From positions 1 to 44,839 of the forward strand of contig CAZSKP010000034.1 of assembly GCA_964607485.1 (NCBI GenBank): a DNA stretch of 44,839 nucleotides, read 5' to 3'. The number at the start of each line of letters is the position of its first letter. Position 1 is the first letter of the stretch. This document shows positions 17,064 to 26,987 of the stretch, piece by piece. Origin of the DNA: an uncultured bacterium. GTDB taxonomy: Bacteria; Abyssobacteria; SURF-5. Position numbers and translations under genes: made by a program. Below the pieces are notes generated by a model. That model was not told the DNA's origin and did not search any database. It saw nothing but the letters and a program-made list of their open reading frames with translations.

Positions 17064-18455
17064 AAGAGCGCTGCTTAGTTGACCGGCCAGTTCATTCGGG
17101 GTGATGATGAATACCGCGAGATACGAAGCAAGCTGCAGCGCCATTAACGTGAGAATGAAGTAAGCTTCCCGCCTCCACGTTCTCCCAATCCCGCACAACG
17201 AGGCGGCGATCAAGACCCAGATGACGCCCCAGATCCTGACATTCAATAAGTTGACGACGAGCGTCTTCAATATCTGCGGCAGCCTGTGCAGGCCGGAGGC
17301 GATATCTCTGTAGTTCAGATACTGCGCATAGTTCTCGTCGAGAAGTCTCGGAAGCCCCGACCTGACGTAGAACCACGGAAGAAGCATGATGGCGACTACG
17401 AGGACGTACGAGATAAGGCAGTAAAGCCTCGCAGAGTTGTCCCTGAGCCACGCGGAAGGATTCGACCTCGCCGGGTTTCCAAGCTCGCGTCTTCCTTTGC
17501 CCACCAGAGAAAAAACGGCGGTCGTCAGGAAGAGATTGACCGCAAAGACCAAGCCCTCGTTCTTCGTCAGCGCGACGCAGGCGGCAAGGATGGCGCCGAC
17601 CAACGCGAAAGCCATGTTTCCTTCCTTCATCCACAGAATCATCGCAAGCGCGCTGGTAGTGATATAGAAGGATACGACTACGTCGGCGTAGCCCGACGAG
17701 GCTCCTCCCTCGGTGGTGCCGCTGTAAAGAAAAGGCGTCACAAGAAGCGCGCACACACACCAGATGGCGGCCACTTTTCCGGCAAAACGCCGCTGGAGCT
17801 GATACGTGGACAGAATCAGTCCGATGAAAAAACACAGAAAGAGGAGCCGAACCAAACGGTCGTCGGCTTGTCCCATGTTCTCGAAGACCCAGCTTTCCGC
17901 AATGGGCAGGAGAAGCGGATACCGCGGATGAGGATGATTGCTCGATGCGTTTAACACAGCCTCCGAGAATATGGTCCGCTCATGGAACAGTATCTTCGCT
18001 TTCATCCCCCATATCGCGCGCGCGTCGAATTCGTACATGGGCCTTGCCAGCAGATTGAACGACACGACAATCACTATGACGGCGATGATGCTTATTCCGG
18101 CCCCCGCCATCAGTTGCTCTGATGCCGGCCTGCCGGATTTCCCGCGCCCCGGGAGAAGTTCGCGGAGAGGAGGAAGATGAAGGAAGCGCGAAAATCCCGC
18201 CCGTTTCTTCTCATAAAGTATCCCAGCTATGCCGAGGACAAGCGCGACGTACATGAGCTTGAAATCTATGCGTCCCGCCAGCGCGAGGCATATCAGGCAG
18301 AATTCGGCGAGAAATCCAAATCCGAGGCCGAGGCTCAGCGCGAAATTCAGGCCGGCGCTGCGAATCGGTTTTGCCCGGAACATTAACAGCACGAGAGCAT
18401 AACCGATGATGGTTACGACAACAATCGAAGCGAGCGCTCTAATCAGATGGACCAT
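16935..18455 (-). CDS. ArnT/PMT-like (GT39/GT83-type) polytopic membrane glycosyltransferase
   Basis: Many TM helices; loop FDARAIWGMKAK..HPRYPLLLP; SGYADV; ALTKNEG. Confidence 0.7.
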   Translation of the reverse strand: MVHLIRALASIVVVTIIGYALVLLMFRAKPIRSAGLNFALSLGLGFGFLAEFCLICLALAGRIDFKLMYVALVLGIAGILYEKKRAGFSRFLHLPPLRELLPGRGKSGRPASEQLMAGAGISIIAVIVIVVSFNLLARPMYEFDARAIWGMKAKILFHERTIFSEAVLNASSNHPHPRYPLLLPIAESWVFENMGQADDRLVRLLFLCFFIGLILSTYQLQRRFAGKVAAIWCVCALLVTPFLYSGTTEGGASSGYADVVVSFYITTSALAMILWMKEGNMAFALVGAILAACVALTKNEGLVFAVNLFLTTAVFSLVGKGRRELGNPARSNPSAWLRDNSARLYCLISYVLVVAIMLLPWFYVRSGLPRLLDENYAQYLNYRDIASGLHRLPQILKTLVVNLLNVRIWGVIWVLIAASLCGIGRTWRREAYFILTLMALQLASYLAVFIITPNELAGQLSSALSRLLLHILPLGVTLVSFQLAGIGSSLRPDNEENREQEPQAAE

Positions 18456-18470
18456 TTCGCTGAGGTTTCT

Positions 18471-18824
18471 CTATTCTGTTTGGCCCAAGCGGCTTTGGAG
18501 GGAAGTAGTACACGGTCCAATGATGGTCTCCCAGGGATAGAGGTAGTAATTCAGAATGAACACCTTTGTGAGCGAATCCGTCACGATGAGCACATCCGCA
18601 TCGGGCGGAATCTCTCTCCGGCACCGGTCTCTGAACTCCGAATCCTCACTGGACGCCATACCACCCCAGTGCATGAGGGCGCGCCTTTGTTCGTTCGTCT
18701 TTCCCCAGAGGAGCGGCAATTCCCGCAGCATGAGGCGCACTTCCGCTACCAGGGGAGTGAAAGCGACGGCGAAGTGGATGAGAATCCCGGCCAGCAGAAC
18801 CCTCTTCAATAAACGCTCCATCAT
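18471..18824 (-). CDS. Hypothetical protein with N-terminal hydrophobic anchor
   Basis: Fills the gap between co-oriented genes with 39-nt and 15-nt spacing. N-terminal hydrophobic helix; IPPDADVLIV..LNYYLYP. Confidence 0.65.
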   Translation of the reverse strand: MMERLLKRVLLAGILIHFAVAFTPLVAEVRLMLRELPLLWGKTNEQRRALMHWGGMASSEDSEFRDRCRREIPPDADVLIVTDSLTKVFILNYYLYPWETIIGPCTTSLQSRLGQTE

Positions 18825-18863
18825 TACAGTCTTCCCGAATCTCTTGGCGTCATTATGGCACGG

Positions 18864-21365
18864 CTAATTTGGGCTGCGGCGAAACCGTCTTTCGAGGAAT
18901 AATCCCGCGAGAATGAGCGACAAGCTGCCGAGCGAGACAGCGATTCCCCAGCGAACGCTGGCGGGCTGAAATTTGAAGACGACCGTGTGATTGCCCGGTG
19001 CGACCTCCACGGCCTTGAACAAAGAGTTTGCGCGCCAGACGGGTTTCTCTGCACCGTCCACAAAGGCGGTCCAGCCCGGATAGTAGCTGTCGGTCAAGAC
19101 GACGAGAGAGGGTTCGTCCGCTTCGACATCGAGCTCGACCTCATTGATTTCGTATCTGCTGACCTGCGCCCGGCCCGCTTTGCCGGGAGTGCTTGCAGTG
19201 TGAAAGGAGGGTTCGCCGTTTTCGAGCACCACCGAATCTGACAGGACGGAGATGTTCTGCTTGATCGCCTGCAAGCTCTCCTCCTCGTTGTGCGCTGATG
19301 CGTACCTATCGACCACGTAGGCCCGTGGCAGAGCGAATTCATTTTCATAGACGCAGAAATTTGGCTCGGCATCGCCGCTTTCATATTTTAGTTTCCAGCC
19401 GCCCCCATATGCGTCGATGTATTCATGAAGTTCTCTCATTTCGTCTTCGCTGACATTCCTGAGCATGAGGTAGCGCAGAGAGGTCAGCCCCGCCATTCGC
19501 GGCTCTTGGAGAAATTTCTTCCAAATATGTTCGTCGACGACACCATAGAATACCCTTCCCCCATAAATCCTGTCGAACTCTTCGAACCCCACCATCAGCC
19601 GGAGGAAGTTTTGCCATCTCGCCAGGGTAAATGAATCGTAGCTGTTGATATTGGAGAACCTGAACATGTTTCCCGCGTTTGGAATGAACATCGACATCGG
19701 ACGGATAAGCAACACGCGGCTGTATCCCGCGTGATCTTTCACCCACGCTATCCGCCGGTCGGACGAGGCGCGACTGGCGAGTTCGGCCCTCGTGGTGGCG
19801 GGAACCGTGCGCTCGATATGCACCCGGTTTGCGACAACGTCGAGCAGAACGACCAGCAACACGACCCACGCGGCCAGCCTCTTCGCCCGGTGGGAGAGGG
19901 CGGAGGCGTTGGCGAGGGACATGAAAAAAATCAGGACGCATGGCAGGAGAATCACAAGATATGCGACCGGGTAGAGCATGTGTGCGCGAATGACGACGCC
20001 AACGAGAGCCACGAAGGCCACGAGCGCGATTCCCGCCCATTTCGCCCAAGCAGGATACTTGGAGGAGTAAAGCAGATAACCGATAACGAGCGCTCCGGAT
20101 GGCAGAAATATTATGAAATAGAGAGCCGAAGACCTCACCAATTCGACGACATCTGCGTAGGCCGCAAACAGAATCGCCAGAGTACAAACGATTGCCAGGA
20201 GCCAGAACCAATCGAGATTCCCGAACTGCGGACGACGAAGCTTTAGAGGCGCCCTTTCCCAGAGCGAGGAAAGCCCCACACCCACCAGCGCCGCTAGTAT
20301 GAAAAGGGTCAACGGCAGCATTCTTTCGGGAAAGCGAAAGGTGTCCGCGAAAGGTATCTTCCCGAAAAGGGCCAGGGCCGGAGTTTGCTTTGACAGAACG
20401 AAGAGTATCGCATATGCGAAGGTCCCCAACAGACCGATTGCGACCGTTCTCTGCTTCTTAGACCCAAACGCAAAGGGAATAAAGAGAAGGGAAGCGCCGA
20501 AATAATATCGGCTCGTGTTTCTGCTCAGGAAATCTTTGAACCACTCGACTGAGAGAGGGCCGGTTTTGCTGACCACCCTCGGAGTCAGCTTTTCGGCCAG
20601 GCTGCGCACAGAAGACAAAGACAGTTGCATCGTGGGGAGAAGCTGAACGGAGACCAAGCCCAGCGTCAAGACGAAGGCGAGTCCGATGAGCCCCAATCTG
20701 ACCGAGACGGCCTTGTAACCATAGCGTGGCCAGGACAAAATCAGTATGAAGACAGAGTAGATGAACGTAATGATGCATATATAGTAAAAGAACTGGGAGA
20801 ATCCTCCCAGGAAGGAGAGGGCGAGCGATGCCGACAGCGCCGCGCAGGCCCCGAAGCCCGGCCTGTCGAGAAGCCGCTGCGTCAGCCAGAAGATGACCGG
20901 CAGCCAGCAGTAGGTCGAACCCAGGCAGTGCGAAAAGCTCTGTTCCAGCACGGCATACCCGAAGAGCACGGAGGCCAATATGATGCCCGGCCATTCGAGT
21001 TTCAGATATCGCAGAAAAATCATCATCCCCGCCATACCGATAACGACGTCCAGAAACTGGATGGCCAGCATCGCGCGGGGCACGTCCATCAGAAATATTA
21101 TCCAGTTGACGGGGTACAAGAGTCCCAATCCCATGTGTGCAAAAAAGGGACGGCCAACCGCCTGGTAGGGAGTCCACAGTGGAAACGACCCTGCCAGGAT
21201 GCTCTCTCTTGCAAAAATAAAGTGGGGCAGATATTGGGAATATTGATCGATGTTCCCCATCATCTCGATGGGGGAATCGCCCGCTTTCTTTATATGATAG
21301 AACGCGTTTGCCAGAAAGACGAGAATAACGATTGCGAGCATGCAGGATGTGAGCGCCCGCTTCAA
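18864..21365 (-). CDS. YfhO-family polytopic membrane protein (paralog of the upstream gene)
   Basis: Start reassigned to TTG 21365: GAGGAG RBS, TTGA overlap with the upstream stop, and the N-terminus aligns with the paralog. GSFPLWTPYQAVG..LLYPVNW, YENEFALPRAY, LTDSYYPGW. Confidence 0.85.
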   Translation of the reverse strand: MKRALTSCMLAIVILVFLANAFYHIKKAGDSPIEMMGNIDQYSQYLPHFIFARESILAGSFPLWTPYQAVGRPFFAHMGLGLLYPVNWIIFLMDVPRAMLAIQFLDVVIGMAGMMIFLRYLKLEWPGIILASVLFGYAVLEQSFSHCLGSTYCWLPVIFWLTQRLLDRPGFGACAALSASLALSFLGGFSQFFYYICIITFIYSVFILILSWPRYGYKAVSVRLGLIGLAFVLTLGLVSVQLLPTMQLSLSSVRSLAEKLTPRVVSKTGPLSVEWFKDFLSRNTSRYYFGASLLFIPFAFGSKKQRTVAIGLLGTFAYAILFVLSKQTPALALFGKIPFADTFRFPERMLPLTLFILAALVGVGLSSLWERAPLKLRRPQFGNLDWFWLLAIVCTLAILFAAYADVVELVRSSALYFIIFLPSGALVIGYLLYSSKYPAWAKWAGIALVAFVALVGVVIRAHMLYPVAYLVILLPCVLIFFMSLANASALSHRAKRLAAWVVLLVVLLDVVANRVHIERTVPATTRAELASRASSDRRIAWVKDHAGYSRVLLIRPMSMFIPNAGNMFRFSNINSYDSFTLARWQNFLRLMVGFEEFDRIYGGRVFYGVVDEHIWKKFLQEPRMAGLTSLRYLMLRNVSEDEMRELHEYIDAYGGGWKLKYESGDAEPNFCVYENEFALPRAYVVDRYASAHNEEESLQAIKQNISVLSDSVVLENGEPSFHTASTPGKAGRAQVSRYEINEVELDVEADEPSLVVLTDSYYPGWTAFVDGAEKPVWRANSLFKAVEVAPGNHTVVFKFQPASVRWGIAVSLGSLSLILAGLFLERRFRRSPN

Positions 21366-23680
21366 CTCTTTGCTCCTCTTCTCAACACTCCGGTCAGAGA
21401 AAGAGAAAGAATAAGCAAAAGGCTGCACACAGAGACGGCGATTCCCCAACGCAGGCTGGCAGGCTGATATCGGAAGACGACCGTGTGGTTACCCGGCTCA
21501 ACCTCCACCGCTCTGAAAAGAGAGTTTGCTCGCCAGATGGGCTTCCGCACGCCGTCCACCGAGGCGGTCCAGCCCGGATAGTAGCTGTCGGTAAGGACGA
21601 CGAGGGCCGGGTCTTCGGCCTCGACGTGCAGTTCAACCTCGTTGAGCCCGTACTTTTCAATTCGCGCCAGGCCAGGGTTGGAGGGCAGGGCCGTTGGAGG
21701 AAAGGATGGCGCGCCGCCTTCGAGCACAACTGACGAATCCAGCTTAGAGATGTTCCACTTGATTGCCTGCAGGCTCTCTTCCTCGCTGTGGGTGGTTATG
21801 TAATTGTTGACCAGGTATGCGCGGGGCAGAGCGAATTTGTTCTCGTATACGTAAAACTCCGATCCTGCATCATCACCGCCATGAATCGATTTCCAGGCAT
21901 ACTGGTTCTCGTCGATAATTTCATTCATGTCGGACTCATAGGTGATAAAGTAGCGCAGGGAAGTCAACCCGATCATCCGTGCCTGCCGCAGGAACAACTC
22001 AATGAAGGGGCTGGCGATGACGCCATGAAATGTGGACACACGCGTGACCTGGTCGAACTCTTTGGGACCCATCATGAACCGGACATAGTTGTGCCACCTG
22101 CTCAACGTGAACGTTTCGTAACTGTTGATACTGTAAAATTGAAACATGCTTCCCACATCGGGATTGTAGAAGCCGAAGCCGTGGGGAATGAGGAGCACGC
22201 GACTGTACCCTTCGTGTTCTTTCGTCCAACTCAGTTGCTTGTCGAATAGGCCTGTGGTGCCGGTCGCGCTCGTGGCGGGGACCGTCGCCACGATGTTCCT
22301 GTAAGGAACTACATCCAGCAGGATCAGCGCGGCGACGGCCCACACACCGACCTTTTTCACCTGAGGAGTCAGTCTAGAGGCGTAGAATAGCAGGATAAAG
22401 ACGCCCAGGACGCACAACGAGAGAATAAGAGGATACAGAAGGGACTGAGCCGACAGCTCGTAAGAGATGAAATATATGGAACACACAACGAAAAGCGCAT
22501 AGACAACCGACAGCGACCAAAACCGATCCAAGCGATTCGTTTCCGGGTCCCGCAGCCTCAGAGGCGCCCGCTCCCAGAGAGAGGAAAGGCCGATACCTGC
22601 GAGAGCGGCAATCATGAACTGACCCACATCTATCATCCGCACGTTCCAGCGGAACGAATCTGCGAGGGGTACCTTGCGGAATATGGCAAGCGCCGCCACC
22701 TGCTTCGACAAAACAAAAAGAATCGTATAACATAAAGCCGCCGTTAAGCAGATCACGGCCGGCCTGTGCTTTCGCGACCCCAGCGCGAGGGGGATGAGCA
22801 GGAGCGAGCTGCCGAAATAGTAAAGGTTTTCCGACCTGTCCAGATAGCTCCTCAACATCCCAATGACGGAAAATTCGCGGATGAAAGGGTCTCCCCCGGC
22901 CAGCTTCTCGGACAGGCTGCGGATGGAGGACAGGGACAGCTCCAGCGTCGGGAAAAGCTGTATAGAGGCCAGGCCCACCGTCAGTAAGATGGCAAGAGCA
23001 AACAGGCCCGACCTGAGCAGGCCGGCCTTGATATCGTTCCGAACCGGCGGACAAAGCATCATGAAAAGGTAATAGATGAGCGCGACAATCACGATATAGT
23101 AAAAATGCTGAGTGTTTCCGCCCAGGAAACAGAGCGTCAGAGCACCCGCCAAAATCCCGCAGGCCCCGAAGCTCGACCTGTCGAAAAGCCGATGTGTCAG
23201 GTATATGACGAACGGCAGCCAGCAATAGGTGGAACCGGTGGAAAGATGGAAAGTCTTCCACAACACTGAGTAGCCGAAAAGTGCAGCGGCCGGGACGACC
23301 GCCGCCCAGTCAACTTTCAGGTATCGGAGATATATCAGCGTTCCCACTATGCCGATGGTCACATTCAGAAACTGGATTACCAACATCGCGCGTGGCACGT
23401 CCATGATGAATATCACCCAGTTGACAGGGTAAAGCAGCCCGGATTGTATCGCGGCAAAGAAAGGTGTGCCCAGCGCCTGATAGGGGGTCCACAGCGGCAA
23501 CGACCCCGCAAGGACGCTGTGCCTGGCAAAGGTCAGGTAGGGGAGAAAATAGTCGTACAAGTCAACGTTCAGGTGGGTAGGGACAGGAACCGGTCCCGCT
23601 ATTTTTATGTGATACAGCGCATTTGCCAAAAAGCAGAAGATTCCGGCCAGAACGAGAACGAACGTGAGAAGACGTTTCAT
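21362..23680 (-). CDS. YfhO-family polytopic membrane protein
   Basis: GSLPLWTPYQALGTPF..LLYPVNW, QLFPTLEL..S.R, YENKFALPRAY, LTDSYYPGW..ANSLFRAV. Confidence 0.87.
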   Translation of the reverse strand: MKRLLTFVLVLAGIFCFLANALYHIKIAGPVPVPTHLNVDLYDYFLPYLTFARHSVLAGSLPLWTPYQALGTPFFAAIQSGLLYPVNWVIFIMDVPRAMLVIQFLNVTIGIVGTLIYLRYLKVDWAAVVPAAALFGYSVLWKTFHLSTGSTYCWLPFVIYLTHRLFDRSSFGACGILAGALTLCFLGGNTQHFYYIVIVALIYYLFMMLCPPVRNDIKAGLLRSGLFALAILLTVGLASIQLFPTLELSLSSIRSLSEKLAGGDPFIREFSVIGMLRSYLDRSENLYYFGSSLLLIPLALGSRKHRPAVICLTAALCYTILFVLSKQVAALAIFRKVPLADSFRWNVRMIDVGQFMIAALAGIGLSSLWERAPLRLRDPETNRLDRFWSLSVVYALFVVCSIYFISYELSAQSLLYPLILSLCVLGVFILLFYASRLTPQVKKVGVWAVAALILLDVVPYRNIVATVPATSATGTTGLFDKQLSWTKEHEGYSRVLLIPHGFGFYNPDVGSMFQFYSINSYETFTLSRWHNYVRFMMGPKEFDQVTRVSTFHGVIASPFIELFLRQARMIGLTSLRYFITYESDMNEIIDENQYAWKSIHGGDDAGSEFYVYENKFALPRAYLVNNYITTHSEEESLQAIKWNISKLDSSVVLEGGAPSFPPTALPSNPGLARIEKYGLNEVELHVEAEDPALVVLTDSYYPGWTASVDGVRKPIWRANSLFRAVEVEPGNHTVVFRYQPASLRWGIAVSVCSLLLILSLSLTGVLRRGAKS

Positions 23681-23853
23681 CTTTCTACCAGCACCGGAAT
23701 GAAAGAGTGAGGTTCGTGGGGCTCCGAAGCAAAATCGAGACTCGGAAAAGAGTCGGTCTTTTATTCTTCTTCGATACGATTGGGATTTCGTCTCTTCTTC
23801 AGCGATTCATCAAAAGAAAACGGCTGACTGCCTGCTATGCATAATTACGCCCA

Positions 23854-23883
23854 AGTATATCCGGTACGTTTCCTCCAAGTCAA
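23854..23883 (-). promoter_or_regulatory. sigma70 promoter for the YfhO-YfhO-hypothetical-GT-C operon
   Basis: Minus strand TTGACT-18 nt-TATACT. Confidence 0.7.
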
Positions 23884-23936
23884 GATGAGTGCGGAGTCGG
23901 ACCCGAAAAACCGTACCATCTTTGCGTCGGAGCAGG

Positions 23937-23966
23937 TTGCTTTTGGAATCTTTCCTGTGCTATGAT
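23937..23966 (+). promoter_or_regulatory. sigma70 promoter for the GT2-methyltransferase operon
   Basis: TTGCTT-18 nt-TATGAT with extended TG. Confidence 0.65.
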
Positions 23967-24016
23967 TCTCGCGAATTCGCGCTTTTCTGCCGCAAACATA
24001 TCTGGAAAGAGCCCAA

Positions 24017-25300
24017 ATGAATCATGGCCACACCGACCTATCCATAGTCATACCAACCCGAAACGATGAGGGCCTGATCGGCGGCGTGCTCGACCGCGTC
24101 CGGAAAGCGGCGGGGAGCCTGGGATGTTCATTCGAAATAATTGTCGTCGACGCGGGCTCCAGCGACGGAACCAGACAGGTTGCCGAGAACAGGGGCGCAA
24201 AGGTGCTGCACCTCCCCTTTCGTCCGCCTTACGGAGACATCCTGAAAAAGGCCCTGCAAGAGGCCCGGGGAACCTATGTCATCTCGCTGGACGCCGACCT
24301 GCTGGCCGATTATCGCATCATCACGCAATTCTGGGAGCAGAGAAACCGGAGCGAACTCGTCATCGGCTCTCGTTACATCGCCGGAGGGTCCGCTCGAATG
24401 CCGTTCCTCCGGAAGCTGTTGAGTCCCATGCTGAACAATTTCTACCGGGTCTTCTTTTCGCTTCCGATAAGAGACATTTCCTCCGGGTTCCGGATGTACC
24501 ACACAAAAATCTTCGAAGACGTTCGACTCGACTCGAGCGATTACAGCATCCTCATCGAATCTATTCTCAAGGCCTATGCCAACGGATGGATTATCGAGGA
24601 GGTTCCGCTGCGCTTCGAGCCTGAGAGGTTCGGCAATTCCACCAAGCGGGCCTTCACGTTTTTGCTGACGTATCTGAGATCCCTTTTTCGAATGTGGCAG
24701 CTTCGCAACAGCGTCTTCTCGGCCGATTATGACGAGCGGGCCTACAACAGCATCATCCCCCTGCAACGTTACTGGCAGCGAACTCGCTATCGCATCATCA
24801 TGTCGTTCGTCGAACGGGGAAGCGGAATTCTCGACATCGGCTGCGGGTCGAGCCGTATCATCCAGCAACTGCACGGAGCGGTGGGTCTCGATATCTCGCT
24901 TAAGAAACTTCGTTACCTTCGAGGGAAGGGCATTCGTCTGGCCAAGGCCGATATCAACCAGCTTCCTTTCAAGCGGAGCAGTTTTTCCCTGGTTATCTGT
25001 TCGCAGGTGATCGAACACGTCCCGCCCGTGCCGGAAATCTACAGTGAGATCAACCGCGTCATGCAATCCGGCGGCAAGCTCGTGATCGGAACGCCCGATT
25101 ATGGCCGCGTTAGCTGGCGGGTGATCGAGTATTTTTACGGGAAATTGCTGCCCGGAGCCTATGCGGAGCAGCACATCACTCACTATACCCGGGAATCCCT
25201 GGAGCAAATTCTTCGTGAAAACGGATTCAAGATCTTGGAGCGACGCTACGTCGGAGGGTCGGAGCTCATCATCAAGGCGGAGAAGGTGAAGGATGTGTAG
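24017..25300 (+). CDS. GT2 polyprenol-phosphate glycosyltransferase (DPM1-like) fused to a class I SAM methyltransferase
   Basis: LSIVIPTRND, IIVVDAGSSDGT, LDADL, VIGSRY and DISSGFRMY; then ILDIGCGS, DINQLPF and CSQVIEHV. Confidence 0.9.
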   Translation: MNHGHTDLSIVIPTRNDEGLIGGVLDRVRKAAGSLGCSFEIIVVDAGSSDGTRQVAENRGAKVLHLPFRPPYGDILKKALQEARGTYVISLDADLLADYRIITQFWEQRNRSELVIGSRYIAGGSARMPFLRKLLSPMLNNFYRVFFSLPIRDISSGFRMYHTKIFEDVRLDSSDYSILIESILKAYANGWIIEEVPLRFEPERFGNSTKRAFTFLLTYLRSLFRMWQLRNSVFSADYDERAYNSIIPLQRYWQRTRYRIIMSFVERGSGILDIGCGSSRIIQQLHGAVGLDISLKKLRYLRGKGIRLAKADINQLPFKRSSFSLVICSQVIEHVPPVPEIYSEINRVMQSGGKLVIGTPDYGRVSWRVIEYFYGKLLPGAYAEQHITHYTRESLEQILRENGFKILERRYVGGSELIIKAEKVKDV

Positions 25301-26987
25301 CGCGCTTGCCCCCGAATCCAACGCGCGCGCTTATCGTGCTGACATCCTGATAGCGCTCATCCTGGCGGCCGCGAACCTGTTGATGCTCACCGTCTGCTGG
25401 AAGATCCAGGGCGTTCAGGCCGACGAGTCCACGTATATTTACGGCGCTCTGGAGATGCTCAAGGGTAGGTTGATCTATCGGGATTTCTGGGTCTTCTATC
25501 CTCCCGGCATCTTCTTCCTCGCCATCGGCGCCTTTACACTGCTGGGGAAGAGCCTCTTCGCCGTGCGGCTGGTTCTCATAGCGGGCGCCTGCGTGACAAC
25601 GGGGGTGCTCTATTTGTTGGGGCGTCGTTTCATGCCGAGACTGCCGTCGGCGGTCGCGTCCATCCTTTTCATAGTAGCGGGCGTCAACCTCTGGCCGGTG
25701 TTCGGTCACCACTGGAACAGCACGTTTGCCCTCGTTTGCAGCGCTTACTTCATGGTGCTTTTCCTCGAACGGCCCCGCAACGGCTTTCTCGTCCTGAGCG
25801 GATTGTTCGCCGGAGCCACCCTCTTGCTCCAGTTGCACAAGGGGGTTCCGCTGGTGGCCGCGAGCTTAGCGATATTGCTTGCAAGAAACCTGGCCGATAG
25901 AAGCTCGGCCCCTCAGCCGTCCAAACCCTTTGTAAAAGCCGCCATGGTGTTCTTACTCTGCTCCTTGATTCCGGTTGGCATGGCTGCGGTGTACCTGTTG
26001 AGTAACGGAGTGTTGCAACAGGCGGTGGCCGCGGTCATCATTTTCCCTTACAGGCATCTTGCGGGAGTGGGCAACCCGGATTATGGGGTTCCCTACGGCG
26101 CCTTCTCCCTAGATCTGCTGAGCTCTCTCATGAAATTTCTGAAAGTCCCGGGAATCACGCCGGTATCCGTTCGAGTCGTGGCTGCTGTAATTACGCTGAT
26201 AGCTCCTCTTTCCGCTTTGCTCGTCCCCGGGATTTTACTGATACGGAGAAAGCGGTTCACTCAGGGAACATTCGAAGTCCCGCTCTTCGTGTGCTTCGCT
26301 TCGCTCGCCTGTCTGGCCGCTTCCGTCTCGAGGCCGGATTTTCATCACCTCCTGACCGCCGTGCCGATGGGGTACTTGACTCTCGCCTTCGTTGTGTACT
26401 CGATTGCCTTGCCTCGAACCGGCGGCGCACGCTCCCGACTGGCAAGCGCCGTCGTCGCCGCTGTTTTCGCTGCGCTATTGGCGCCGACGTTGTGGGTGGG
26501 CGCCGGAACATTTCTCTACGGCATGCATGTCGAGAAGCTCTCCCTGGATTCGCCGCTCGGCTTCATGGCCTCGACGTCGGAAGGGGGATCGGGACCCTTG
26601 CTGCTTTCCCCTTATGAATCGCTGATAGCTTTCATCAAGATGAATACGGAGCCGGGCGAGCGAATTTTCGTGATGCCGTCATCACCGTTTCTGTATTATC
26701 TGACGGATAGAGAGAGCGCGGCGCGGTTTCCGATGCTCATGTCCAGCATGAACGACGCGGAGCAGATGGCGGAAATCATCGCGGACCTCGAGCGGGACCG
26801 GACGCGTTGGGTGATCCTCGACCCGGCCGCATCGTGGAGACAGTTCAAGGTGGCGCTTCCCTATGCCGACGAGAGAGAGTTTCGCGAGAATCCGCTTTTG
26901 CGATACATCCACGAACATTACAGGAAAGTCGCGGATTACGGCGGGTTTGAGGTGATGGAGCGGTTCGAGGACAACCCCGCACGCTGA
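25293..26987 (+). CDS. ArnT/PMT_2-like polytopic membrane glycosyltransferase
   Basis: ADESTYIYGA..G.LIYRDFWVFYPPG first-loop signature, many TM helices, C-terminal soluble domain (TEPGERIFV..LYYLTDR). Overlaps the GT2 stop. Confidence 0.8.
   Translation: MCSALAPESNARAYRADILIALILAAANLLMLTVCWKIQGVQADESTYIYGALEMLKGRLIYRDFWVFYPPGIFFLAIGAFTLLGKSLFAVRLVLIAGACVTTGVLYLLGRRFMPRLPSAVASILFIVAGVNLWPVFGHHWNSTFALVCSAYFMVLFLERPRNGFLVLSGLFAGATLLLQLHKGVPLVAASLAILLARNLADRSSAPQPSKPFVKAAMVFLLCSLIPVGMAAVYLLSNGVLQQAVAAVIIFPYRHLAGVGNPDYGVPYGAFSLDLLSSLMKFLKVPGITPVSVRVVAAVITLIAPLSALLVPGILLIRRKRFTQGTFEVPLFVCFASLACLAASVSRPDFHHLLTAVPMGYLTLAFVVYSIALPRTGGARSRLASAVVAAVFAALLAPTLWVGAGTFLYGMHVEKLSLDSPLGFMASTSEGGSGPLLLSPYESLIAFIKMNTEPGERIFVMPSSPFLYYLTDRESAARFPMLMSSMNDAEQMAEIIADLERDRTRWVILDPAASWRQFKVALPYADEREFRENPLLRYIHEHYRKVADYGGFEVMERFEDNPAR

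Noticed and set aside
21366-21449. N-terminal extensions in the ORF track (also 6019, 7198, 8569, 14601, 30064, 43216)
   Set aside because: RBS position, stop/start coupling, promoter location or paralog alignment support the downstream starts used here.
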